A stretch of DNA of 64,000 nt, from NCBI GenBank assembly GCA_012295275.1, contig CM022670.1:5952001-6016000 (forward strand), in the 5' to 3' direction. The notes beneath the pieces are model-generated. The model made no database searches. It was not told the DNA's origin and was given only the letters and a program-made list of their open reading frames with translations. The DNA comes from Chrysomallon squamiferum. Lineage: Eukaryota; Animalia; Mollusca. A program made the translations under genes and the position numbers. Shown piece after piece: positions 1 through 13,817 of the stretch (its first letter is position 1; each line of letters starts with the position of its first letter).

Positions 1-1067
1 ATCTACCGACTTAATGCGACGGTCATATAAATAATTTTTTATTTTTTTTTTTTTTTTATTTTTTTAAAGATTTAAAGCCGTTGGATCTGAAATAATGTCG
101 TCCTACGCATTTAACGGAGAAGTTTTTTGAAAACTGAGGTCACGTGAATATCTGTGTCAGTTTGAAACTTCGCCAAATTACCGAGGACAGCTTGAAGCTT
201 GGGACCAGCAGTTTAAAATAATAAACAGTTTTTTTTTTTTTTTTTTTTTATTTGTATTTTTTTTTCAGTCTGAAGTTGTTCACGTGGTGGATGACGACGG
301 TAGTTAACAGTGACAACAACAGAGACGAACACAGCTGTGTGCTCTCAGTTTTGATAAAACACGTAATAGCGAGAGAAAAGTCGAAGTGTCTGACAGACAT
401 TTTACACAGACCACTCGAGCAGACTGGCCGCCTATTTCCCGTTCCAGAAATAGACATAATAGCAAAAATAAATACAGGACACATTATTTTATATTAATGT
501 TGTCGTTTCCGTGGTTTTGTATAGTCAGCACTAGATAAGAAACCCGCTGTAAAAAAAAAAAAAAAAATTATATTAATAATAAACAAGACTTGTTGTATAA
601 ACAGGGAAACACATACCACAGCCTTTATGGTGAATAAGAAGTAATCACAGAAAGTCTTCATCTAACAAGGTTTTTTTACCTTTTTTTCCCCCAAATTCGT
701 TCTACGAAGTCTTCGATTTATAAAAAAAAAAAATAATAATAATAATAAAATCACGGGACAGACTAACAGTAGTGTTTAGTTACTGCGTGTGTCAAACTCA
801 CTGGGGAATTATTTTGAAGTTATTGTTATTTTTGTGGGTGTAAACTGAGCGATATGATTGTTTACACATTAATGTTGACAGCCCAGTGTCACAGAAGGCG
901 TGGCGTTCGGCAGGGCGGGGCTGGTGGAGGTGCATTTTAACAATGCGTGGCGAACATGCACACTGAGTTTATTAATAACACAGACGTAACACGTGTGAAA
1001 ACAAAACAAAATGTTACATCTAGTACGTATACTCGACAAAACAAAATACTCGCTAATATAGACTGCA

Positions 1068-1650
1068 ACCATTAATATGTGATTCAAATTTGCAGACATT
1101 AATATGTGATTCAAATTTGCACACATTAATACATTAACACATAACACTACACAATTACAATTCACATTTGCACACATTAATACATAACACATACATACTA
1201 CACACATTAATAACAGACATTAATACATAACACATACATACTACACACATTAATATGTGATTCAAATTTGCACACATTAATACATAACACATACATACTA
1301 CACACATTAATATGTGATTCAAATTTGCACACATTAATACATAACACATACATACTACACACATTAATATGAGATTCAAATTTGCACACATTAAAATGTA
1401 ACACATACATACTACACACATTAATATGTGATTCAAATTTGCACACATTAATACATAACACATACATACTACACACATTAATATGTGATTAATTCAACAT
1501 ACATACTACACACATTAATATGAGATTCAAATTTGCACACATTAAAATGTAACACATACATACACATTACACATTAATACATAACAACATCTACACACAT
1601 TAATTTGACACATTAATGCGTAACACATACACATTACACACATTAACAAG
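1068..1650. repeat. 57-bp minisatellite, degenerate at the edges
   Basis: Unit CACACATTAATATGTGATTCAAATTTGCACACATTAATACATAACACATACATACTA repeated in tandem. It produces the 19-aa periodic ORFs in the track. Confidence 0.9.
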
Positions 1651-3224
1651 TCACAATTATTTGACATACGTCAATACGTAACATTTATCTACGTAACTAA
1701 AATACATAATTCTCCATAATACGTAAATAAGTCATATTAATGTACACATACGTTCATACAATTACTTATTTACATATGCGATAATATGTAACATAAATAC
1801 ATAACCAAAATAAGTAATTCTTGTTTACTAATATGTTAATATGTATTTTTTTTCTCTATACATACATTAATACATAATTCAGTTTTTTGTATTCCTTGTG
1901 AATAGAGGGAAGTACTATGTTTTATTAGATATGTGCACCAGATGTAATGTCGCACTACAAAGAAAAAGCAGTGTGGAAATGTCACAATTTATCTCTACCG
2001 CTGTTAAGTGAACAAAATAAGAATGCACAAGTTGATCAATGGTTTAATTTCAAAGCACTGATGGTCTAGACACTTTAAAATCAATCAAACTCGTAGCTGT
2101 GAGTTGGCAGGCTTGTCTTCGCCGGATATGTCGTCATAACATACGTTCTTCTATGAGTGACGTCAGTGCTGACGTCATAATAAACCTGTAATCTTGTTTA
2201 AACTGAAGATTTCTTCTTCTTTTCTTGCTATCTTCATCATTAATATTTTTTCTTCTTCTTTTTTTTTTACTTTTTTTTTTTTTTCCCCTAGGTTCTGACA
2301 TTAGTCTGGCGATATGAAACAGCAGGACATTACGTTGTTGGATTGCTCAACATCTTTCACGCAGTATGTCAGCGCACACACCTGTTAAATCAGGTACGAC
2401 AGGTGGCCACTAATTAGGCAGTGACGACAGAGACGTCTGGAAGTTATACACGGCGTGTTTGTTCAACATGGCCACGCTGTTTCCACTTAAACGCAAAGTG
2501 CAGCAAAACAAAACTCAAGTCACTTGAACGTTCGTGTCTGTCTGCCTTCATGACTCACCCTCACGGGAGATACGGGGGGAGTAACCACCCGGCGTCTGTT
2601 CATGATCACATGCACGACTCCCTTCCCACGTCTGCTACACTGACGTTATCGCAAAGGAAACGTCAGTAATTGTGAGTGAATGTGTGTGTGTAAATTCGGG
2701 AAAACGTTTATGATGTAACTCAAGAGAGAGAAGAAACACAAGTTTTCTATTATCTACAGCACCAACTAATTTACACATTTTATACAACCCTCATGTGTTT
2801 TCAAAACACAACACAATATCTTACACAACTCTTGGATACATACGTATCATCTTTGCTAATCAGTTACATTTGATTTTGATATACAGGAAAAACAGTCAGA
2901 CTAAATTGAAAATTGTGCATTAAAAATATAGTCGAAAATCGTAAAATATTGTAAACAGAAATGCCAAATAATTTAAATGATTTAAAATGTAAAAAAGTTA
3001 AATAACTTCAATAAGTCTAACTGTTGGTACAAGCTGTAAACACGTTTAAAATTTCGTCCAGTTCGAATACAGCAGACAACATTACTAAATTATTGCAATA
3101 CGTTACAACTGTCGATAGAGAAATACTATCAAAACAGAACTCACACTAATAAACATGATATCTAAATTTTAACTTTTAAATCTGATTAACATAATTAGAG
3201 GTCAACAGAATTAGAACGGGACTT

Positions 3225-3565
3225 AACAAAGTCAGCATTGGAGGCAATAAAGTAGTACTAGGGATCAATAAAGTTATTAACTTGTCAACAAAGGCAGTAT
3301 TAAGTGTCAACAAAGTTAGTACTAGAATCAACAAAGTTTATTAGAGTTAACAAAGTAAGTACTAGAATCAACAAAGTTTGCACTAGAGGTAACAAAGTTA
3401 GTATTAGAATCAACAAAGTTAGTATTAGAGTTAACAAAGTTAGTACTAGAATCAACAAAGTTAGTACTAGAGTTAACAAAGTACTAGAATCTACAAAATT
3501 AGTACAAGAATCAACAAAATTCGCATTAGAGGTAACAAAGTTAGTATCAGAATCAACAAAAATAG
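3225..3565. repeat. Degenerate 21-bp minisatellite
   Basis: Unit ~AACAAAGTTAGTACTAGAATC. It produces 7-aa periodic ORFs and abuts the truncated MITE copy. Confidence 0.85.
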
Positions 3566-3578
3566 TAGTTCGCGCGCG

Positions 3579-3818
3579 CGGGTGTTGTTTCCACCAGACC
3601 GGAACTACTCTTTCAACTCTTTCAAGCCGCGTGGCGTTCATTCACTCGCCGCATTGTTTACGTGTCGAGTCGCCACTGTTGCGAATCGTCAGTTTTCTTT
3701 ATGTATTTAATTTTAGAATGTTTATGCCTAATTATTTACGTATTTAGATGTCTTGGTACCAGAAAACCAGGAAAATCCTGAATGCCCCAAGCAGTCCGGA
3801 TAATTGGTCCGGTACCTG
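3579..3818. mobile_element. Second copy of the same MITE, opposite orientation, one TIR truncated
   Basis: Reverse-complement match to 15930-16181 (e.g. CTCTTTCAAGCCGCGTGGCGTTCATTCACTCGCCGCATTG and GTCCGGATAATTGGTCCGGTACCTG). Ends in CCGGTACCTG followed by TA. Confidence 0.8.
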
Positions 3819-3882
3819 TAATACAACAATGTTACAGATAAATTAATATCTTAGTATTATTTAATTAATCATTATACGAGAC

Positions 3883-3939
<57 letters not shown>

Positions 3940-5297
3940 ATTATTATAAGAGTTTATATTAATTTAATAACGTTTTTTGCGGAAACATTCCGCGCTGGTG
4001 ATAACATGTTTATCACACTTTCTATTCGACTGACGACGATGTCGCATCCGAGACCTCAGCAGATGGCGACAACATTCTCCCACGGCAACTAATCTCATCC
4101 CATGTTGTACAGTACATTTATCTTAGAAACGTACGTACGTACGTAAGTATAACTGTAGATGAGTTTTTTTGTGGGGTTTGCGAGGTTGTCATTTTTTTTT
4201 TTTTTTTCAGTGATTAAAAAAATTCAAAGTTGTTAGTCAAATAATTCCGAAGTTAAGAATTATTTAATATTAAATTTTTTGGCGAAATCTCGATTTTTAA
4301 AAGCCCGTTATGAAGCGAGATTGTCTCTGACAAAACTTATTTGATAATACGTCATAGTATGTGCTGCAAGTAATTTTTTTATATTCACTTTTTTTTTTTT
4401 TTTTCGTATCACATCGAGTTGGTGTTAGTAAAAGCTGTAATTTTTTAATAACAAAAATGACCTGAGAGCGGGGCTCAAAGCTGTTTACAGTGAAAACAGA
4501 TTAAGAAACATGGACAAAAATTGGACAGATAATGAATTACAAACTAATAATAATACAAAAGTTATACATTTTGTGATGTGAATATAAATGGACCAGAAGC
4601 TGAATTTCACTTGGTGAGATTCTAAGAAATGACTTCTGAGAAATGTTCTGTTAGAATATGGAAATGGACTTAATGATGGAACTATCAAACCAAAGAGGAG
4701 TCTGAATAAGGAAATTTGTACTGAGTGACCTATGTTGTTATCTATTATGCATTTAATAGTACGTTTTGAACCAAGTTTCAAAAAATAACAACTGTAATTT
4801 TCTCCTGTAACACTAGTTAAACACATTTATTCCATCATCAGTTCCAATATTTATTTCCAAGGCACTACCACATCCACAGAAAAATCAAATAAAAAGCTAA
4901 ATACTAGTGAATATATAGTCACAAATAAGAAGGCTATTTTTACAAACAACAGCTGAAGTCGCATTACTCTTTCTAGCATCAGAAATAAATAATCAACTCA
5001 AAACCTTCACAGATTATTTACATGAAGAAACGTCGTAGAACTAACCCCGACAAATAGTAGTGTATGAATAATGCTCGGGGAAACATAACGAATGTACCGC
5101 TACCATAGACTTTCACAATACAAGGAAACATTCGTGCAGTACCCGCAAACATAAGATTTCACATGTTCCAGTTTTTCAGTTTTTATTAAAACATGACTTA
5201 AGCGTTCAAGTGAGAAAAAATGAGTCAAAACAGAATAGCGGATGAAATAAAAACATAAACCAATCGCTTTGGAATACCTACCGGCCTACATTTATAG

Positions 5298-5352
<55 letters not shown>

Positions 5353-6119
5353 CAAACACATACATACATACATACATACATACATACATACATACATACT
5401 GAAACAAAAAAAAAACAGTTTAAAATAAAAAATTGGCTTGAACGTCATTTCAAAAGAGGATCTGCGAAAAAATTAATTTACAAAAAACATGCACTTGATA
5501 AGCAAAAGGATAGCTCAGTGATTTGATACAACTCACAGTTGTGATAAAATTGTTTAACTGAAAATACATAAATGATTACATACTGTGGTGATACATACTA
5601 CAACCTTTTACATATCTGTAAAAATATGCTAAATACACTGCATTACATATATAAAATTTAAAAACAACAAAGAAAAAGGTCAAGGTCAGTAATAATAATA
5701 ATAATAATAATAATGGTGATGGTGATGATGATGATGAAGATAATAATAATAAGAAGAAATATCGTTACTTTCCAGTGTTTCAGAATTATTAAAAATATTG
5801 TAAAATTATATCTACACCACTATACGATCAGCAAGTGATAAACATGAACTGTGCAAGCTCAAATAAAACAGAACATTTTAGCACACTCCAAAGTACAACA
5901 CAGATAATTATCATACGAACAAATAATTCACACACATACACACACAGACACACTCACATATACATACATGCATACATACATACATATACACATAGTTATA
6001 CATATACAGACACACATACACACACACATATATACATATATGAGCTAATACAACACATACCAATACAGTACAGTACAGCTAAATAATATCTCATAAACAG
6101 ATACGTATCAATGGAGTGC

Positions 6120-7008
6120 TTCACATCGTTGTGTTGTACAACAGATAACGTAATTTGGGGTGGTTCACATCGTTGTGTTGTACAACAGATAACGTAATCT
6201 GGGGTGGTTCACATCGTTGTGTTGTACAACAGATAACGTAATTTGGGGTGGTTCACATCGCTGTATTGTACAACAGATAACGTAATTTGGGGTGGTTCAC
6301 ATCGCTGTATTGTACAACAGATAACGTAATCTGGGATGATTCACATCGCTGTATTGTACAACAGATAACGTAATCTCAACATCGCTGTATTGTACAACAG
6401 ATAACGTAATTTGGGGTGGTTCACATCGCTGTATTGTACAACAGATAACGTAATCTGGGGTGGTTCACATCGTTGTATTGTACAACAGATAACGTAATTT
6501 GGGGTGGTTCACATCGCTGTATTGTACAACAGATAACGTAATCTGGGGTGATTCACATCGCTGTATTGTACAACAGATAACCTAATTTGGGGTGGTTCAC
6601 ATCGCTGTATTGTACAACAGATAACGTAATCTGGGGTGGTTCACATCGTTGTGTTGTACAACAGATAACGTAATTTGGGGTGGTTCACATCGCTGTATTG
6701 TACAACAGATAACGTAATTTGGGGTGGTTCACATCGCTGTGTTGTACAACAGATAACGTAATCTGGGATGATTCACATCGCTGTATTGTACAACAGATAA
6801 CGTAATCTCGGGTGATTCACATCGCTGTATTGTACAACAGATAACGTAATTTGGGGTGGTTCACATCGCTGTATTGTACAACAGATAACGTAATCTGGGG
6901 TGATTCACATCGCTGTATTGTACAACAGATAACGTAAATTGGGGTGGTTCACATCGCTGTATTGTACAACAGATAACGTAATCTCGGGTGATTCACATCA
7001 GCTGTATT
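6120..7008. repeat. 44-bp minisatellite, ~20 highly similar copies
   Basis: Unit TTCACATCGCTGTATTGTACAACAGATAACGTAATTTGGGGTGG, head-to-tail with no unique spacers. Confidence 0.95.
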
Positions 7009-7274
7009 ATAAAATGTATATATACGTGTACATTAGGTATGTGCAAAATGGAGTAGATCACTCGACACAAAAGGACAGATAAAAGGTAAAGATGACTGAA
7101 CTGTCAATGATCAATTCACAGTCTCAGGATCAACTCGACAACCAAGTTCAAAGAAAACTCACTTAGCCAAATAGCACTTGAATACGTTTCCTAATCACGA
7201 AAGCACTCCATGTACAGTTTATATGTAAAAACAGATAGATAGAGAGAAAGACAAACAGAGACAGAGATAAACAG

Positions 7275-7369
<95 letters not shown>

Positions 7370-8102
7370 AAAAAATAATAATAAATAAATAAAAGAAGAT
7401 AAAAGCTAAGTTCTGTCTACCTATACGCGTCCTGTATGAATGCCGAATAAAGAAAACGAGGTCATCACGCTAAATTAGAAACGATAGCACGGGTCTTTAG
7501 GCAATTATAAGAAACCATTAAAGTGATAACCTTGCGCGAACAACACACACGAGTACTAAAACTAACCTACAACCATAACCAGAACCGAAAATAGAACCAC
7601 GAACGATAAACCAGGACTAAAATCCAATAAAATGTATCGAACCATGAAAGTGAAATCATAAACAATTGTGGTTAAAAAATAACATGATTTGTAAATAAAT
7701 AATTAATATGATTTGTACATAAATAAAGAAATAAGGGTACATTGGATAATTATATAAAACATTAAAGTACAGAATTAATAAATAAAAATAAGGTATGTTT
7801 TGATCTCATAAATTAAACTGAAGTCATTTATATACGTTCTAAAAAAATATTATTACTTAAATACATTAAAAAAAACCAAAAAACAAAAAACAAAAAAAAT
7901 AAATAAATAAAAAATAAACCCCGTTGTTTCTAAGAATGAAGTTCTGAAAATGTCGTTTCTTAACTTTCTGTGTTCAACTCTATTGTCAAACTTGGCTTTG
8001 TTTACACTAAATAAATCAGTTAAGTTCTGAGGACGACTGTGGAGTTCATAATTAGCATTTTTCTTAACGATGTTGTGTATAACCTGAACAAAACTACCTT
8101 CT

Positions 8103-8136
8103 GCGCGCGCCAATCCACTTCCGACTGCCATTTTTA
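8103..8136. promoter_or_regulatory. Promoter-like motif cluster (GCGCGC, CCAAT, ETS, YY1) inside the inferred NUDT6 intron 5
   Basis: GCGCGCGC, CCAAT (8110-8114), CACTTCCG (8116-8123) and GCCATTTT (8127-8134) are contiguous. Confidence 0.4.
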
Positions 8137-8597
8137 GCACGAAACAGTTAACCTTGCCGCAGTTTGAAGTGAAATTTCTTCACGAAATCAAAGAAATAAT
8201 ATTTTAATTTCCTTTTCATTATTGACTGTAACAAAGTGCGAGTGGGAGAGTGTTAATTAAGACTGGCAAACGTTGTTTTTACATTCAATTCTGTAAACTA
8301 GAGTGGGAGTTCAAAACTCTTTATTACAGGAATGCAATTCACTCAAACAGCGAATAATTACCTACGCCCCCGACATGAGCAACACCACAACGCAATGTTC
8401 GTCTGCCCAGAGATATTTTTCCACGCAAACAAATGAACTTTAGCTGCTAATAGTCTTTTTCCGATGTCTCTTTTACGCAAATATACCTCGCCCACCGCGG
8501 AATCTTTCTTAGACTTTTTATGATTAATATAGTCAATAACTTGCTGTCAATAAAATAAATAATTTGTTATTCTGGGAAGACAGACAGACAGACAAAA

Positions 8598-8694
<97 letters not shown>

Positions 8695-9059
8695 GAGAGA
8701 AAGAGAGAAAGACAGACAGACAGACATAGAGAGAGAGAGAGAGTGACAGAGAGGGTGAGAGTATACACAAAGAGAACATACAAATACTACAGAGTTATGA
8801 CTACGTACTTATTACAGTGGAATACACGGTCAAAGTTAGTAAACACTGAACACACAGAAGTCGCTTATCACTGACACAAGCTGTAAAAATCACTTGACTT
8901 GTTGTCAAACACATAAACCTCCTTTAATCAAGTAACACATACACGTGGTCACAAACGTTTTATTGCTGCTCAGTAAGTTGTAATTCAGTTAATAAACTAC
9001 GCGATGAGAAACTTAAGTGAAAGCACATACTTCTGTATGTCAATCCCTGTACGTACATG

Positions 9060-9545
9060 TTTTTTTATTGTACAAACCTGTCAACCACTGCATGTTTCAG
9101 TGTAGACGTATCTATTGTTCAGATTTGTCAGCTCCTCTGTTTTAGTGCAGACGTGTTTTGTACAGATTTGTCAACTCCTGTTTCAGTGTAGACGTATCTA
9201 TTGTTCAGATTTGTCAGCTCCTCTGTTTCAGTGTAGACGTGTTTTGTACAGATTTGTCAACTACTGCATGTTTCTACTGATTTGTCAACTCCTATGTGTT
9301 TCAGTGTTGACGTGTTTTGTACAGATTTGTCAGCTACTGTTTGTACAGATTTGTCAACTACTGTTTGTACAGATTTGTCAGCTACTGCATGTTTTAGTGT
9401 AGATGTTCTATTGCACAGATTCGTTAACCACTGTATACTTTAGTGTTGATGTCTATTGTACACATTTGTCATCTACTATGTATTTTTAGTGTAGATGTGT
9501 CTGTTGTACATATTTGTCAATTACTGTACATTTCAATGTAGACAT
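9060..9545. repeat. Degenerate tandem repeat (GTACAGATTTGTCAACTACTG / TTTCAGTGTAGACGT core)
   Basis: Recurring ~24-48-bp units with a CAGATTTGTCA core. Confidence 0.8.
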
Positions 9546-10312
9546 ATTTCTATAAATGGAGGTTTTGGGTTTGTTTTGTTGTTCTTTTAATATTATTTTC
9601 CTCTGTTTGACAAGTTATCGTTAGAAAAACGACAGTCTGCACAATATATTATATTTACTGAATTCAAACATAAACAAACACACATACAGACAGACGAACA
9701 CACACACGCTCATAAAGACACACATACACACATTTATGAAAATATCAGAGATGTGTACTGAATGCAAATTCCCAAAGTTTTATCTGTCTGTTTTATTCGT
9801 GTATGTACTGGTAAATGTGTGTCAAACTAATAAACTGTGAAACTCTAGAAACGTTTACTCAGCTATTTTAGATTGAAAAAAAAAACCAACAACAATTTAA
9901 CGTTATTGAAATCACTGTGGGTAAAGACTACATCTGGTGGTGAGACTGTCACACGTTCAAATCTCCCCACACAACACAGCAGCTCAAAACCAGCCAATGG
10001 TTAATAAATCTGTAAAACAGGTTTTCTGTTTTCTGAAAATGTTTGTATAAAAGATATCTAGCTACTAGTAGATAAAAGAAAACAGTGACCAATATTTTGT
10101 ATCTCTTGCTGTCAATAAACTTTCAACAATTAGCTGTCGAAGTGTTTAATAAAACCGAATTAATTTAAACACACGGATAAATGGTATCTGTTTTGAAAGA
10201 AGGAACACTGACATTTCAAAGCATTTTAATATTAGGTGACATACGTATTTTTTTTATTTATTTAAGTAATGTAAATTTATTTGTTTGTTTATTTTATTTT
10301 ATTTTTGTTTAC

Positions 10313-13219
10313 CTGTTTGGATGCCTGTCTCTTCCAACACCTCTCTCACTGCTGTTTCACCTGTGTGGAGGAAAAATACAATTAAACGTAACTTTGTGAA
10401 ATCGTGACTAATACAAAGTCAGTTGTGGGTTTAGATTTTAGAAAAGGCACTGCGGTTGTTGAGAAGATTATGATTTTAAAGATAAAAGTTAATTTAGTAA
10501 AAACAGAAATATTTCATAGACAATATATACGGGGTCTGAGCATGCCTGCTTCCCTCCGCACACATGGACCCATGCCAAGTGAAAGCACGCTTAACAAAAC
10601 ACAGAAAACACAACACTCTCATTACAGTGTTACAAAATTCAGTTTAAAATATACCTTTTTACTGTTATATAAACAACACCTTTTGTTTCGTTTTAACTAT
10701 GTTTATTTTATTTTAGCAGCTTAAAAACCACATAAACTGCTTGTCTAAGAGAAATCTTTGATTTTGTTTTCATTCTTTCATGAGACATATTTTTAAAACA
10801 AATAAGTTTGTTGTTTTTTTCAGCATATACACACACATGCATGCATTCACACATATTTGTAGGTTGTTGTTCTTTTTCTATTTTTTTTTTTTTTTGTTAT
10901 TCTGTCTTTTAAAAAGCAAAATGTATGTTGTTAATAACTAATGAGTTCAAAATAATACCTCTACTTTTATAACACATTGTTACTGTTTCTTTAATTATCT
11001 GTATTATTATTCATTTTCTTAATTATCAAAATTCCTACAATTGAATATCCTTCCATTTACGGAATTTTTTGTAGAGGAGTATTCAGGACATCAACATTTT
11101 ATTTTAATAAGCCGAAAATACATAACAATAAGTAAATTATTTAAACTGTCTTATTCATATGTCTATAACAAAAACATCAGATAGGAACTTATCACACAAT
11201 GTGATATTGTTGGGGGGGATTTCTACGTATAAAAAAAAAATACTTTATCGTCCTCTGTTGTGACTTGGAATCTTCTTGTTAATTGTGTTTTATAAGAAAT
11301 TGTTTGTTAACTGTTCTGTGCATGTTGGCAATCAATCAGCCGGACAGGGAACAAAAAATACGTGATCGATACACGGACGTACGTACAACAATCACTGTGC
11401 ATTGTAGCACAGTCAATAGATAATGCCGTTAGACCGACTGATCGACCAACGCGTTACGCGCAGAGATGAAACAGTCTAGTGATCCGACGTCTGCGCCGCT
11501 TGGAATTCCATTGACATCAGACGTATAAATCACGCTCGTATAATGGCGGCCTGTGTGAGTGGTTGGGCCGAACGTTACTTCTATCCCGTACTTAATAAAC
11601 ACGTCACACATACAGACAGACGACTTGAATGAAGTCTCTCAGGTTATCGAGTTCTCGCCTCTTCACTAGAACAAGTCACATTGCTATGCAAATCAAAGCT
11701 AACTTGCTGACTCGACCTTTCAAATAGATATTTCTTGTCACACGCGTCATCGTTACATACCCGTTCTTTTCTGAGAATTAGATCAAGCGATTTGCGAGAA
11801 AAGCAATACAAAACACTTGAAAAGAAGGCCACTGTCGTCTCCTGTACATAAGTAAAGTTTAGGGATTGGCAAATATTTTAATTTATAAATATTAAAGTGC
11901 CGTCTGCCTTTATGAATGATTTTGGAACGACGCTAGACTTGATCAGTGTTCAAACAGCAGACGAGACACAAATTCACGACTCTGTATAACTAACTGTGTG
12001 TTACCGAACTGACTCTAATACCACAAATTTTCTAACATGTTGTACTTAGCATACACGAGGACAAATATGAAACTGATTTTGCGCACTGCAGGGGCCTTAA
12101 ATACGAGAAAAACATTTACAGTGATCCAAAAGCTCGCCGAATTCCTCCTCTTCAAGAATGACTGAAGACGAAGGTAAAAAAATAAAACATTGTGGAAAAC
12201 AAAGCAAGTAAAAGGAAAATAAAACGAATCATCGTTGTCTGTATAATTGCGTTTTTGTGTGTATATGTTACGTATGTAGCGTATATATGAACGTTTGTGT
12301 GATTGTGTTACGTGTGTTATGTATATAGCGTATATATGAGTGTTTGTGTGTATGTGTAGCTTATATATGAGTGTGTTTGTGTTACGTCCGTAGCGTATAT
12401 ATGAGTGTTTATGTGTATGTGTCACGTATGTAGCGTATACGTTTGTGTGTTTGTATGTGTTTGTCACATATGTAGCGTATATATGAGTGTTTGTGTTACG
12501 TATGTAGCGTATATATGAGTGTTTGTACGTTTGTGTTTATTTGTTACGCATGTAGCATATAGGCTGTATGATGCGTGTTTGTGCGTATGTGTCACGTATG
12601 TAGCGCAGATATCAGTGTTTGATATGTACATGTGTGTATGTGTTCGCTTCTTTATTTTTGAGGGGTGTCTGTGTGTATTTTTCATTTCACATATCACAGT
12701 CAATGATGAATCAGACAATATTTAATAACTGAACACATTTTCATTTTTACTGTTCTTATACGTTAGTCAAAACAAACACCCATTCATTAACGTACAACTT
12801 CCCTGTAAAGCAGTCGGCGGAATTGTGTCAGTCTCGCCTGTATTAATAAACGTCTGGCGTTTACTGTTAATATTAAAATGTGTTGCGCCACGATTAAACA
12901 AACATTGTAGAAAAGATTAGTTCTACGCTGATACAAGAGACATTCCAAGTTTTACTTTGAAGTGAGAGAAAATCTTGGCCATGTTTGTGATGGTTTTAGT
13001 TTATCATCATTAAACTGCTCGTGTTATCTGTCACTGATAACGCCTGTGTCGGGAAGGCGGGAGTAGACGTTTAGAGCAGAGTGATAGCACTGTCTGAATT
13101 ACTCTGTAGCTACCCAAACACACACGTCCGTTTACTCACAGGATACACACCTTTTTTATGAAATCAGCGATACGTTTGTGTTTGCATGTATTAACATATA
13201 TAAACAATAAACACACAGA

Positions 13220-13302
<83 letters not shown>

Positions 13303-13331
13303 GAAGGGAGGGAGAGGGAGAGGGAGGGAGG

Positions 13332-13414
<83 letters not shown>

Positions 13415-13418
13415 GAGG

Positions 13419-13471
<53 letters not shown>

Positions 13472-13501
13472 GGAGGGAGGAGAGGGATTGGGAGGGGGAG
13501 G

Positions 13502-13551
<50 letters not shown>

Positions 13552-13749
13552 AGAATTATCTATCTTTTGATAGATAATATTTTAATCGTTTTCAGGACGC
13601 ATTCATCTGTATATACATTAATATCACCATTTTACTTACCAAAGTCTTCTCCCAGCTCAGCAAGACCTCCAGGAAATTTCCACAACGGGCGCTGAAAATA
13701 AATTAATGTTGTTTAAATACTTTTTATTTTCAAACAACATTAGTTAACA

Positions 13750-13817
<68 letters not shown>

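Noticed and set aside
882-990. Peptide GRAGLVEVHFNNAWRTCTLSL, faintly like a syntrophin PH or SRCR strand
   Set aside because: The match is short, there is no convincing donor and there are no partner exons in the window.
869-1478. Cys-rich periodic ORFs on the minus strand
   Set aside because: They are translations of the 57-bp minisatellite.
2292-2393. 102-nt + strand exon-like segment (TAG|...CAG|GTACGA), considered as an FGF exon
   Set aside because: The open frame shows no FGF or other recognisable motif, and the pyrimidine tract is just a poly(T) run.
3300-3747. 147-aa and 113-aa ORFs with heptad periodicity
   Set aside because: They arise from the 21-bp repeat and the adjacent MITE.
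6120-7008. CRISPR-like regular repeat array
   Set aside because: Units are head-to-tail with no unique spacers, there are no cas genes, and the context is eukaryotic.
12097-12161. Acceptor-bounded minus segment VILEEEEFGELLDHCKCFSRI* as NUDT6 exon 5
   Set aside because: The true Nudix-box continuation is at 10360-10313. This segment is at best a minor terminal exon with no support.
13158-13553. ER-repeat ORF and similar poly-dipeptide ORFs
   Set aside because: Microsatellite artefacts.
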